Assembly: GCA_051942205.1 (NCBI GenBank)
Contig: JAVECO010000029.1
Location: 1 to 64,000 of the forward strand
Origin: Coniocarpon cinnabarinum
Taxonomy: Eukaryota
Length of the DNA: 64,000 nt
Direction of reading: 5' to 3'
Made by a program: the position numbers and the translations under genes
Notes under the pieces: model-generated
Database searches by the model: none
Told to the model about the DNA's origin: nothing
The model's input: the letters and a program-made list of their open reading frames with translations, nothing else
Shown: piece by piece, positions 39,920 through 52,613 of the stretch
Layout of the letters: the number at the start of each line of letters is the position of its first letter
Numbering within the stretch: the first letter of the stretch is position 1

Positions 39920-42900
39920 ATGGCTTCCGACGAGGCCGTCGCCGGTTCCATAGCTGGCTTCTTGTCAAGCCTCGCGCGAAGTGTGGACGTCAGTCAAGCG
40001 CCTCATAACGTCAATGGCAAGGCGCAACCCAACATCCATCTACCAGGCCCAGACACTCTGTCCAAGGGCGCTCTGGAGCACGAGCTCTCCTCCTTAGCGA
40101 CAAGGATCCAGGCCCTGGAGGCGCGAGCAAACCTCGCCTCTCCCACCAATTTTCCTCCAACCCCGGACGAGCCCTTTACCCCACCCGGATTCGCAACGAA
40201 TGGCCAGCGGAACGACCAAGCTCGAAGAAAATCCTCACATTCGAGGGCCAAAAGTGGACCTAAAGAGCTCAAGGATACCTGGATCAACAATCTTCTCAGC
40301 TCTCACTCCAAGACAGCAGCCCCAGATGGCAACGACGCGAGTCCTCCTGTGGTGTGCTTGAACGAGCAGCAGACTAACAGCGTCATCGATTACATCAATT
40401 CCCTGCAAGACGAATCTGATCGGCTGAAAGGAAGCGTTGAGTCACTTATGGGGGAGGTGAAGGAGCTGAAATCGTGCAACGAGCAAGCAATGCAAGCAGG
40501 TTTCCAAGAAAATGAGGGACTGAAGAGAGAGCTGTTCAAACACCAGGAGACAAATCACCAATTTTCGAAAGTGTTGATGGAGATTTGCGACGTCGTCGTA
40601 GCAGTCGCAAATGGCGATCTTAGTAAGAAAGTACACGTCCACACGGTCGAACTGGATCCGGCGATATTCACATTCAAAACATCAATCAATAGGATGGTTG
40701 ATCAATTGCAAAGCTTTGCGAGTCAGGTGACAAGCCTAGCCAAAGATGTCGGTACAGAGGGCATGCTTGACCGTCAAGTGAATTTACCCGGCGTTAGTGG
40801 TGTCTGGGAAGAACTGACAGATAATGTCAATATCATGGCGGCCAATCTGACCGACCAGGTACGTGAGATCGCTGTCGTGACTGCTGCAGTGGCGCATGGC
40901 GATCTCAGCCGAAAGATCGAGCGCCCAGCACGAGGCGAAATACTCAAGCTGCAGCAGACTATCAATGGCATGGTGGATCAGCTGCGGGTGTTTGCTGGGC
41001 AAGTGAGTCTCGTTGCTTATAAAGTCGGCACTGAAGGTGATCTGGGTGATCAAGCCGATGTACCAGGCGTGCAGGGCATGTGGAGTGATTTGACGATCAA
41101 CGTAAATGCTATGGCACAAAACCTTACCAATCAGGTCCGCGACATCCTTAACGTCACCCAGGCTGTCGCTAGGGGAGACCTCACCCAAAAAGTCAGCGCT
41201 CAGTGCAAAGGTGAAATTCTTGAGCTCAAATTGACCATCAACTCTATGGTGGACAAATTAAAGAACTTCTCAGACAAGGTGACGCAGCTTGCGCTTGAAG
41301 TCGGAACAGAGGGAAGACTCGGCAGGCCGTTTGTGGTGGAGGATGTCCAAGGGACATGGCATGACTTGACGACCAACGTCAATGTCATGGCGCAAAACTT
41401 GGTGAGGCTCCACGAAAAGCTTCACATTCTCACAGTGCTAAGGCTGACACTCGATAGACGACTCAAGTGCGAGAGATTTCTTCCGTCACGAAGGCTGTGG
41501 CAAAAGGCGATTTGAGTAGAAAAGTCGAAGCCAACGTCAAGGGCGAAATTCTGGATTTGAAGAACACGATCAATGGGATGGTGGATCGACTGCGCACATT
41601 CGCACAGCAAGTGAGCAAGGTCGCACGTCAAGTAGGTACTGAAGGCACATTGGGCAATTATGCCCAAGTGGACAACGTTGAGGGTGCATGGAGAGACTTG
41701 ACCGACAACGTAAACACTATGGCCCAGGTAATTACAGTTCAGCACGCGATTGGCTTGGATCCACTTCACTGATTCTCCTTTTTACAGAACCTCACTGAAC
41801 AAGTGCGAAATATCTCAGAGGTCACAGAGGCCATTGCTGAAGGCAATCTCAGTCGCAAGATTCACGTCGAAGCACAGGGTGAGATCTTGAAGCTCAAGGA
41901 AACGATCAACGGAATGGTCGATCGTCTTGATAAGTGGTCCAAAGATGTGCGAGGCGTTGCACGTGATGTGGGCGTTGATGGAAAGATGGGCGGCCAGGCT
42001 AAGCTCGACGGGCTCACCGGCAGGTGGCTTGAAATCACTGAAGATGTCAATACGATGGCTCAAAACCTGACGACTCAACTGCGCGCCTTTGGCGAGATCA
42101 CCAATGCAGCTAATTCGGGCGACTTCACCCACCAGATTACGGTGGCCGCTTCTGGCGAGATGGACCAGCTGAAGCAGAAAATCAACAAGATGGTCGCGGA
42201 TCTGCGAGACAGTATTAAAAACAACACCAAAGCGCGAGAAACGGCTGAGACGGCTAACAAGACCAAGTCTGAGTTTTTGGCGAACATGAGTCACGAGATT
42301 CGGACGCCCATGAACGGTATCATTGGAATGACTCAGCTTTCACTAGACTCAGAGCTCGGTGCCCATCAGCGAGAAATGCTGAGCACTGTCCATCAACTCG
42401 CGAACAGTTTGTTAACCATCATAGACGACATTCTCGATATTTCGAAGATCGAAGCCAACCGCATGGACATTGAAAGAATACCTTTCCCTGTCCGAGGCAC
42501 CATCTTCAACGCTCTGAAGTCACTATCCGTCAAAGCAAATGAACGAGGCTTGAACCTTGCTTATGAAGTCGATAATTCGACACTTGACTACGTTATTGGC
42601 GACTCGTTCCGCCTCCGCCAGATCATACTGAATCTCGTAGGAAACGCGATCAAGTTCACCGAGTCAGGTGAGGTCAAAGTGAAAATTACCGAAGGAGATC
42701 AGTCAGGTTGCGAGTCCAATGAATATCGAATCAAATTCGACGTCTCGGATACCGGTATTGGTATCCAAGCAGACAAGGTTGAACTCATCTTCAACACTTT
42801 TCAGCAAGCGGACGGAAGCACTACACGACGATTTGGGGGTACGGGTCTCGGTCTGTCTATCTCCAGGAAGCTTGTCCATCTCATGGGCGGGAAGCTGGAA

Positions 42901-44292
42901 GTGCACTCCGACTACGGCAAAGGCTCGACCTTCTCCTTTACATGTCGATACATGCGGGCGGACACCTCTATCTCATCTCTTCGCGAGCCACTGGCACCCT
43001 ATCGCAGACGCAACATTCTCTTCCTGAATCAAAGCAACACTGGCCGTTTCGCCTCGGTCATACCCAACTACCTCAAGGAACTTGACTTGGCCCCAACGGT
43101 TCGCAGCATCCCCAAGGACGCACACATCCTACCCGAAGCGATACCCGACTTGCCGAATGGCGTGTCCTTCGAATGCATCATCGTTGACAACAGCAACACC
43201 GCTCGTCAGCTCCGCAAGATCGAAAAACTCAAGTTCATTCCTATCGTACTTCTGGCGCCTAAAGTCTACGTGTCGTTCCGATCGGCTATGGAGGATGGCA
43301 TTGCGTCCTACATGACTACGCCTTGCCTTCCAATCGATGTAGGAAATGCGCTCATTCCTGCGTTGGAATCACGAGCCAACCTCCACAAGCAGGAGCACTC
43401 GCGGTCCTTTGACATCCTGCTTGCTGAGGATAACCAAGTCAACCAAAAGTTGGCCTGCAAGATTCTGCAAAAATACAACCACAACGTCGAAGTTGCCGAC
43501 AATGGTCTCATAGCATTTGAAAAGCTGCAAAAGCGGCATTATGACGTCGTTCTCATGGACGTTCAAATGCCTATTATGGGCGGCTTTGAAGCTACTGCAA
43601 GAATTCGAGAATGGGAGAAAGACAATCACATACCGCGCACGCCTATCTTAGCGCTTACAGCGCATGCGATGCTTGGTGACCGTGAGAAATGTCTACAAGC
43701 TGAGATGGACGATTACCTCTCGAAGCCTTTGCGCCAAACTCAACTCATCCAGTGCATCACCAAGTACGCAGCCATGGCAGGTGCCATGATGGAAAAGAAG
43801 CATGGTCGCAACCGGCGTAGTCAAATTGTCGGCGGCCAGATACTGACTGAGGTGAAAGAAAGTTCCGAAAAACGTCAAAAGCGAGAACACGTGCATTCGG
43901 AGTTGCATGCCGAGGACTCGCGTGGCCTTATCATGAATACCGCACAGAGCACATTCGACAACACGCGGTCTGACCGCCAGGAACCGAGCAGCAGCTCTGG
44001 TGATCATTCTGACAATCAACCAAATGACAGCGACGATATCAAGATGGCGTCGCCCACCAGTCGCGACGAGAGTCCGACGACTATTTCGCACGTCCGAGGG
44101 CAGAGCGATGGACCCGTTGATGGACAAGGGAGACTGCGGCCTCCGCAGACGACGCAACGACGACCGAAGATGGGGCCGCGTGGCTATACGCAGATGAATG
44201 CCCCGTTGGAAAGTCCATCCATCATTGCGGATGGAGGCGAGGAAGGGGATCCGTTTGAGCGAATACCGTATGGACGCAGTCTCACGGGTTGA
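39920..44292 (+). CDS. NIK1: Group III hybrid histidine kinase (Nik1/Os-1/NikA; HAMP repeats, HisKA, HATPase, receiver); introns 41402-41457, 41728-41787
   Basis: Tandem HAMP repeats (W..LT.NVN.MA.NLT.QVR), [41 protein letters not shown], and receiver motifs LLAEDN/LMDVQMP/SKP. Confidence 0.95.
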
Positions 44293-45505
44293 GCGTGTTC
44301 CAGTACGTGAGAAGAGAAAGAATAACCAAAGTCACTCGGATTGTGTCTGACACTTGTTTGCACTGAGGCGTATGTGCAGACGCAGCGTTGGCGTTTGGGC
44401 TCATATGAGAATTGCAGTGGGCGCGCTGCTAGAACCACGGTCGGGCACTGATCGTCCCGTGGCGTTTGGGGATCGTGGCTACGTACCGACTTGAGGCCTC
44501 AAGAGTGTACGACAACGACTTCGTCGTCAGTATGATAAACATGTGAACAGAAGTAGTTCCATTCGAATCGAGGCGCTAATGCGCGCATCTTTACAAGTAC
44601 ATTCAGCTTCGCGTGTGACTTTGTGACCTTACAGTCATTAAAGTCCTGGTTCGGCGCGATGTGATATCTGTCCTGTGTTCGCCCCTCCTTAGCCCTCAAC
44701 ATCATGCATGCTGCGTTACATGCGGGGGCGGTAGGACAGATGGTTCCTTAGAGGGGGACCGCGGATTGATCTGAGCACTTCTAACCGCAGACGCGCCATT
44801 GTGGACTTCTCGGATTGAGACGGGCGCGCTTGCTTCTCTCGTGCTGCTTTCATTTGCGGCTGCCATGAGCGTCACAAATCTGAGGTAGATTTCGTAGGAT
44901 TGATTGGCATCCTAGCAGAATTTCGTGCTTGCTTGGAATCTGACATCTGGTGCAATACACATTGGATGGCGCGAGCCTGAAGAACGACCTCCCATCATGC
45001 AATTGTGGGTATAAGACAACCACGTTTTTGCCCTAATTTTATCACGTGACTTACCTTACAAAAATGAAGGTAGGTTCATATATTTATCTAAATCTATGCC
45101 CGAATTCCGCCTTCTTGAATTTTATACAGTGCACATGCTTCAAGTCTATTTCGAATTCTTACACACCCATAGAGTGTGCATACACATGTGCATCTGTTGT
45201 CGTGTTTGATTGCATAAGGATCCGAAGAAATCGAGTCCGATGAGACGTAAACCCTGTGTCATCAATGCGCTGAAAAATATCGCTCATGGGCTTGACGAAT
45301 AAAGGAGTTTCCCGAGCAGCATTTGTATCGACATGGCTTCGTATGGTCATCAATCTTGTGCTTCATTTTCCGCCCAAAATCATTTGTGCATCTTCAAATC
45401 TTCGCCTAACAATTCACCAGCCGAGATTCGTGAATTCAATGTGTGTCCAACTCACAGAGAACTGACGATAACTCCTGGTGGAGACTGGCGTGAGGCTCCA
45501 TAAAG

Positions 45506-47040
45506 CTACAGTCTGCCCTTGTGCATGTCAAGTCCTTCGAAAATAGGCAACTTATTGTTCTTCTCCTTCACCATCTCGACCCACGCCAACCACTGCTGTT
45601 TTGTCTGGAATTCGATGGACCAGCCCATGTCCCGCTCCCGCATGGTCGCCTCTTCGATCGCCACTCGCCGATTATCAAGTGCCTGATGGTGGTAAAGGGT
45701 AGTCACAGCATTTCCCAGACGTTTCAAGCCTTCAGGTGCGCTCGGCGATTGAGGCAGCATCACGTGCCATAAATGACACATACCCTCAAAGACCTCCATG
45801 TGGACTTGGACACCTCCCCGCGCCATGTTCGCAAGCAGCAACTCCATTGCGGCGGCGCCTCGCTCTTCACCTACAGCTATCCATACAGGTGGCGCACCTG
45901 TCCAAGACTCCTCTGGCAGCAGCATCGGCTCGGTAAGCGGATGTAACAACAAGCACTTGGAACAAAGCCAGTGTTCGCGTGGCGGGTTGGTGGGCCACGT
46001 TCCCGGCTCGTCACAACGTCCTGAGTAGTAGAGTGGATTCTCCTCGGTGAGGACGTCATGTTCACGGGGCGCAGGATGAAAGAAGTGAGGCAGGTGGTGG
46101 CAGCTGTTGAGGAAAGGGGAAATAAAGGCGCAGCCGGCCGGGAGGATAGACTGCGGGAGCGGGCGGCCGTGGATTTGGAGTGGCTGGGACTGACGAGTCA
46201 AGTGGAGGAGGAAGGCGAGAAGAGAGAGGCTCAACGAGGCGCCGCAGCTATCGGCGACGATCACGACACGATGAGCAGGGATCGGGCTGTGAAAGGCATT
46301 TGGCGGTGGGTTCAATAGCGCGAAGTATGCCGAAAGAATGTCGAGGAGCTGTGCAGGCATCGTATGGGAGGGTGCGAGACGGTAAGTCGTTGCGAATACG
46401 CGCCCATGCGTTGCAAGTGCAAGGCGGCCTGTCGTCAGGCGCACTTGAGCAGGACTTCCTGAGCTACAAGATGTGAGATCGACATGAAGGCTTTATGCAG
46501 AAAACATACGTGTAAGCACCGCCTATGGTTCATGTGTCAGCTGAGCTTATTACGAATATTTGGCGTCCCTGCGACAGGTTTATACGATGACGCAGAATCA
46601 ACCAGATGATTTATTGTACACGATGGTTTTGCTGTGGTTTGGAACTTACCGTGAACATAGAAAACGATGGCGCTGTCTTGTTGAACATGTTTTTCCTGTT
46701 CAACGTACTTTTCTTGCTCATTGAATCCGTCGGTTGCCTTGCCATGACCACCAAGCCACGGGCTTACCCACTCGCCCCGCGCTGGAACAAGTTGGCTCCG
46801 TTGGTAGCTTCGGCCATCATCGATTTCGTCGAGTGCTCTGAACAATAGCTGCTGCAGTTCGTCTTCGGGTGCAGGAAACAATACCTGGCTGATTAGAATG
46901 GGTCCCTTAACCTCACGCGGGAGAGTCGCCCAACGATTAAGCGAGGATAACGGAGCTTCGACACCTTTTGCCCATGCTTTGCGAGCATTCACAAGCGCCC
47001 ACTGGCGATCTCGGACAACCCGGAACTTTTCTGAAGCCAT
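45506..47040 (-). CDS. Alpha/beta-hydrolase (HSL-like esterase/lipase) with 13-nt micro-exon 46510-46522
   Basis: Splicing gives VFYVH-GGAY-TSGSP (HGG oxyanion motif), YRLAP, nucleophile elbow ADSCG, ISPF and the His motif EGMCH. The start codon is uncertain. Confidence 0.8.
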
Positions 47041-47364
47041 GAAAAGTGCTTTAGCTAGGGAATGAGCAAAAAGCACGGTGGCGCATCGCGCGTTGAAAAC
47101 ATGAGCAGAGCTAACGAGTCGAAAGAATTGGTGAGTGATAGATCAGGCGTTCTAACGCCTCGAGGGCACAACCCGTCACGTCCAGCCGTGCCTGCTATCG
47201 CCCATCGCGAGGCAGACTGAGTGGAGCGGCCAGAATTTCTCAATAATGCCAGGCATCAGGGATGCTACGTTCATTCTCCCGTTGCCGTTATTTAGCCTGT
47301 CTGCTGGAAAAGCGCTACTGTAATGCAACACACTGTGGCGGCGCCTCCCGTCTTGCTGGAACGA

Positions 47365-47719
47365 TTGCTAGATAACTATCATCAGCAACTTCTTGGCACT
47401 AAAAAAAATTTTTCTGGTGCAATAACTAAAACAACTTCTCACTCAGCGCTCACAACTCTAAAGTTCTCATTAGGTTTTCAAGCTCTATGTATATATCTGA
47501 AGCCTAAATTTTGTACGATACAAAAGATCTATCTTTATAAGCTAGTATATATGTATAAAGATACAGAACGATCGCCTTGCAGTTAAGTAATCTACGTACA
47601 AGTCAAAACATAAAGTGATTATGTTAATATGCGAGCACTGAGTGAAAAGTTGTTTTACGCAGTAGCATGAGAAGCGTTTTCTGAGTGCCAAGAAGTTGCT
47701 GATGATAACTATCTAGCAA
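47365..47719. mobile_element. AT-rich fold-back / MITE-like element with long terminal inverted repeats
   Basis: ttgctagataactatcatcagcaacttcttggcact (47365-47400) is the reverse complement of 47684-47719 with 2 mismatches. Inner arms taaaacaactt.tcactcag.gctc.ca also pair. The element has no convincing coding capacity. Confidence 0.7.
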
Positions 47720-47808
47720 GGCCTCGGACGCACGTGCCGTCGAGACCTTGAAGACATCTTCATGCTCGGCACGTCGGTAAGTCCCTCTCCTTCGCTTGAA
47801 CTGATACC

Positions 47809-48867
47809 TTACAGAAACGTCTCAGCACTCTTCCACCACATAGCAACTTTGAGTGCATAATCACCGAACAGTCCAGCTGCAATGCTTCCTCCAGTGATCA
47901 AGGCGCCACGTGAGAACCACCAGATGCAGCTTTGAGGGTCCTCCAGATCGACGTAGACAAGCTTGAGAACCAGTGTAGCGCTCGTACCGACAACGCTAAA
48001 CAGGAAGTATAGCCAGCCATTGCGTGCGTACCATCCGGTTGCCGCGAAGAGTACAATTTGTAAAAGCACCAACATCCACAAGTAAACTTTTGGTTGCCGT
48101 CCCATGAAGAGTGTAATAGTACCAATACCAGCTTGGGCGTCGTCTGTAACGTCTTGAAAGCTGTACACAATCTCGTAGAACAATGCCCAGACTACATTGG
48201 CTGCGTACAGCCAAAGTATGGGCGCGCCGTTGGTGCCGATTTGAGTGGTATAACACGGCCAGATTGACTCGGTTGCAGCCTCACAATCAATAAAGGGCGA
48301 TGTACCGACGGCGGCGGAGCCGAACAAGACAGCCGTGCTCATGACCAGTGCAAACACCATCTGCGGAAATCTCGTGAAACGCTTTGAGAAGGGATACACG
48401 AATGCACCGAGCGCCATTGGTGCAGCGTATGCGGAACATGCGATGGGAAAGTAGCGAAGCACGTATATACAGCATGCTGCCAATGTAATGTTGACCAAGT
48501 ACGCTGTTCGCATTGACATTGCGCCCCGAGCGAGTGGACGATGTCGAGTCCTTCTCACTTTTCTGTCGAGACCCGCGTCCAACGTATCGTTCCATGAATA
48601 ATTGACGAATGCCACCGGTATGGTAGTGATTACTAGCTTCAGCAAGGCCCAGGCAAGGTGAGGTGGTGTCGTAAGCTGCAGCACACTGGCTTGCAGGGCT
48701 CCGAAGAGTGCAGGAACGAGGAAGTAGACAAATCCTGGCTGGTGAAGTCGCACTAGTTCTGCGAGGGGTACCATAGAGGGTGGGACGAAGTAGATGATAC
48801 CCTTGGTTGGGGGTTTGTAAGACTGATCAAATTCTCTCGTCTCAGTTGAAGAGATCCGAGGCTCCAT
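47809..48867 (-). CDS. UbiA-family aromatic (poly)prenyltransferase, secondary-metabolism type, intronless
   Basis: Asp-rich motifs WNDTLDAGLDRKVRRTRHRPLARG and YSFQDVTDD, plus YPFSKRFT. Multi-TM, with no obvious mitochondrial presequence such as Coq2 has. Confidence 0.9.
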   Translation of the reverse strand: MEPRISSTETREFDQSYKPPTKGIIYFVPPSMVPLAELVRLHQPGFVYFLVPALFGALQASVLQLTTPPHLAWALLKLVITTIPVAFVNYSWNDTLDAGLDRKVRRTRHRPLARGAMSMRTAYLVNITLAACCIYVLRYFPIACSAYAAPMALGAFVYPFSKRFTRFPQMVFALVMSTAVLFGSAAVGTSPFIDCEAATESIWPCYTTQIGTNGAPILWLYAANVVWALFYEIVYSFQDVTDDAQAGIGTITLFMGRQPKVYLWMLVLLQIVLFAATGWYARNGWLYFLFSVVGTSATLVLKLVYVDLEDPQSCIWWFSRGALITGGSIAAGLFGDYALKVAMWWKSAETFL

Positions 48868-49092
48868 GGTCGTATAATTTGACGAAACGGATATCGGGCT
48901 AGGAGTGCACGTAAAAGGCCTACTCAGAAAGAAATCACCTGCGCTATGGCAGCGTTGAGCTACCTCATATACTCGTATTGAATACATCCAAGATTTCACT
49001 TAACCACTGACTCGAACACAGAGCATGCTGAGAATAGTCGTGTGGCACGCGGAGCTGAACGCCGCACGATGCAGGCAGACTTCACCTCGTCA

Positions 49093-49102
49093 TCCGGCGT
49101 AG
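49093..49102 (+). promoter_or_regulatory. Candidate shared cis-element TCCGGCGTAG in the UbiA/OMT divergent promoter (identical copy at 52999-53008 upstream of the P450)
   Basis: Exact 10-bp match in two cluster promoters, each upstream of a TATAAA box (~49303, ~53021). The CGG core is typical of Zn2Cys6 sites. Confidence 0.4.
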
Positions 49103-49415
49103 GCTGAAGGACCTGTCGCTTGAATCAAGTGGGTGCCGGACGTTCCACCACTAGTGTGGCTTCAGGCCCTTGGTCGCCAAGTAGATGAAAGGGTGGTCCG
49201 CATATGCAAGGCGCAAGCAACCAGAGGTAACGATGACCAGTTGGAATTGAGAGTGCGATGCAACATGCACGTTGCGTCACAGGTGATCGGCCGCTGTGCC
49301 GCCTATAAAAGCAGCAAGGCGCATACTAATCCAGGTCATCCTTCGCCTCGGCATGAAAAGTGATGGAATAGCACGGCAGAAGGCTTCCTGACTATGGGAC
49401 GCCTAGGAAACGAAC

Positions 49416-50677
49416 ATGGCCTCACAGTCAGCACAACAAAAAAGTCTCATGGACACAGTAGCCAACCTTGGCCGAGACTCCTTTACAGACGATGAACCAG
49501 GGAGGTTGAAGGCTCTCGCAGAGGCTCGCGCACTTTGCACACGCCTCGAGACTCCTTGGGATTTTTTGGTGCGCCAGATATGGCTGCAAGTGAGTACTAG
49601 CACCTGAAATGGGCTTGACATTATTGCTGGTTTCGCGTGCGCTGCTCATACCGACAGCCTTCCATTTCTGCAGCGATTAAAGTCGGTCAGGACTTGAACC
49701 TGTTCGAGAAGCTGAGGACGGAGACTGAGGGAGCAACTGCGGAAGCCTTGGCCCAAGCGACCGGCTCGAATCCATCACTCCTCCGCCGCATTCTGCGTCT
49801 ACTGGCGTCGTCCCGATTCATTGAGGAAATCGATGGGGATACCTTCAAGGGCACCGACCTATCAGCAGCATTCACCAAACCCGGTTTCTACGGCGGCATG
49901 AGTCATTTGTTCACGCAGGTTCAGCCCATGTTCCTCCATCTGCCGGAATATCTCTCACAGCGGGGATACATACCTCCAGACGATCAGACAGATGGGCCGT
50001 GGCAATTCGCACAGGGCTCAGGTGAGAGCTTTTTTGATTGGATGGCATCCCACCCAGCAGAAGCGAAAGGATTCAACGACTTGATGGCAGTCTACCACGA
50101 AGTCACACAGCACAATTGGCTCGACATCTATCCCCTGACACGCTTGAGCGGTGAAGCCGCAAAGGAGTCTCAGGCGCCACTCGTAGTCGACGTTGGGGGT
50201 GGCATGGGTCGCGATATGGAGAATCTGCGGCAACGCCTGCCAGACCCACCTCCACGCCTGGTGGTGCAAGACATGGAGCTGGTGGTGCGTCAGGCAGAAG
50301 GCGCACATCCAAAGCTCGAATATGACGCGCACGACTTCTTCCAGGACCAGCCTATCCATGGAGCGCAATGTTATTTCTTGCACAGCGTGTTGCATGATTG
50401 GCCGGACGACCTAGCCAGGGACATCCTTCGCAAGCTCCGGCCTGCCATGCAAGTGGGTCACAGCAAGTTGCTGATCTGCGAGAACATCATGCCAGAACGC
50501 GCACAGATTCCCCTTGCTGGGGCGTTGGACCTGGTGATGATGGGATTGCTCTGCTCCAAAGAGCGGAGTGAAGGTCAGTGGCGAGATCTGCTTGACTCAG
50601 CTGGGTTTGTGGTTCGAGAGATCTTCGGTCAGGCCGAGCTTGCTCAATGTGTGATTGAAGCTGAGCCGCAAGTCTGA
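49416..50677 (+). CDS. SAM-dependent O-methyltransferase (Methyltransf_2, fungal secondary-metabolite OMT); intron 49590-49657
   Basis: Motifs LVVDVGGGMGRD, LVVQD, HDFFQDQP, YFLHSVLHDWPD and KERSEGQW, with an N-terminal winged-helix dimerisation region. Confidence 0.93.
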
Positions 50678-51263
50678 CGGAGCTGCAGGAGAGTGGTGTA
50701 GTAAGACACGTTTCTGTGTTGACCACGCGTCACATGTCAACGCTCAACTCGCTTCTTGCGGATCGACTGACACATGGCGGCTGCATGCCATCACATCCCC
50801 GCCAGAAGCACGCCGTCACGGTGGGAACCTCCAATCATGTTCTCCTCAGAACGCTGGCCCGAGCCGCGCCTCGCACCCGCGCAAGCTTCTTGACTGAATT
50901 TCAGCACACGCAGATCGCGCTCATCACTTCCTCATCCTGGAACAGGCGGCTGTCACCTTTCATCACTGCCTTCTCTTGCTTCTTCCCAGCGTTGAGCTTT
51001 ATCTGCCCCGCAGTCCCTCTTGATGCCTGCCATACTTATGTATGAGTGAGGCACGTACGCTAACGTATGGGGACTCCGCCTCACAGCTGTGACGAGGAGA
51101 CATCTGCGTACGTCGTGACTCAGCGTGGTCACTGGGACCTTTAAGTGAGAGATCATGCTTCGCTCTATTCCAGCACTCGGTGCTATCCCCCTTATCACTT
51201 GCCTGCGGTGTCCTTGCGGCGCTCAAGTCATATCGCCCGTCCTTGGACCTACGGTGTCCTAGC

Positions 51264-52613
51264 ATGGAGGACATTCCAAACAGAGGTCACGCCTACAATG
51301 CGGTGGTCTGGGTACTCACCGGCGTCGCCGTCGGCTCAGTGGCCTTGCGCGTCTTGTCACGGACCAAGTTGGCTATATCACGTGACGTTTTTGGTGTTGA
51401 AGACATTATCATGATTGTGTCAGCTGTATGTGCGGTTGTTCCATTGAAAGAAACCATTTACTGGTGGCAGAAAAACCGTATATGCTTGCTGATTGAGTGA
51501 CTAGGGTATCGACATCGCAGCCAGTGTCTTGTTTTCAGTTTCTGTGGAGGCCGGCACTGGACGACACTTGCGTGATCTTCCTCCGCAAACAGTCCCTAGG
51601 GCCATCAAATTAAACATCGTTTCCACTTGTGTAGCATTTTATGCGGCAACCTTACCAAAGATTGCGATTGCACTACTCTTGATAAGACTTTTCGAGCCTC
51701 GTCGACTCGTTGCGGCTTTTTTCATCATATTCGCAATCATCGAGAATCTTACCGCGGTAATCATCACGACCATATTCTTCACCCAATGTTCGCCAGCAGC
51801 AGGGACCTGGGATCCGTATATTCCTGCTAAATGCTTAAATCCCATGTACCTGGTTGGATTTAGCATATTTGCATCTGGTAAGAAACAGGCGAATCTGTGT
51901 GTGAACTTTGGTTGATTGATTCACATTGAAATAGCCTGGTCTGGCTTTCTAGACTTGATCTACGGGATCTATCCGAGCATGGTGGTTGGCAAGCTTCATA
52001 TGCCACTCAAAAGAAAAGTCTTTCTCTCGGCCGTGATGGGTGCTGGTTGTTTGTGAGACCCTGCTGACAAATCCATTGACGTGCTCCTCTCGCTGAAAAT
52101 TTTGAAGTGCTTGTGGTACCCAAGTGTACAAATCGACTAAACTCAACTCGATCAGCGCCAAAAATGATTACACCTGTAGGTGATATTTTGAATGCTTGAG
52201 AGACAAGGTTGGATAGATGCTCACGGCTTATTTTTTACCCAGGGGCGTATGGAGACTTACTACTCTGGACAATGTCAGTATCTTTTGCGATGGCAACCGA
52301 ATCATCACATGACGCATAGTACTGACATGAATGTCCATCCAGGGTCCAAGTGCAAGTAATCATAATCGCCGCTTGCGTCCCGACACTTCGGCCATTTGGG
52401 CTGCTTGTGAATAAACACGTTCACACAGTCGTCGACGAAGTCTACTCTTTGACGTCTCGTTCTCGCAAGTCTAAACAGTCTGACTTCTCAGAGCAAGTGG
52501 ATCAGCAAAGCCGAAACATCCCATACGAAAGCTCTGACGGGGTCAATCTTCTTGGTCGCAGTGGCATCTCAAAAACAGTCGAATTATCAGTCGTTGGTGC
52601 TCCGCGTCCTTGA
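51264..52613 (+). CDS. PTH11-like / fungal rhodopsin-domain (SAT4-type) integral membrane protein, 6 exons, no CFEM domain seen
   Basis: Spliced product has VALRV..R...FGVED, GTGRH, LPKIAIALLLIRLF, FTQCSP....WDP....C, WSGFLDL, KLHMPLKRK, DYTW and IIAACVPTLRP. Confidence 0.85.

Noticed and set aside
40560..42200. Repeated ~276-bp-period sequence blocks
   Set aside because: They are explained by the HAMP repeats of the group III histidine kinase, not by a repeat element or array.
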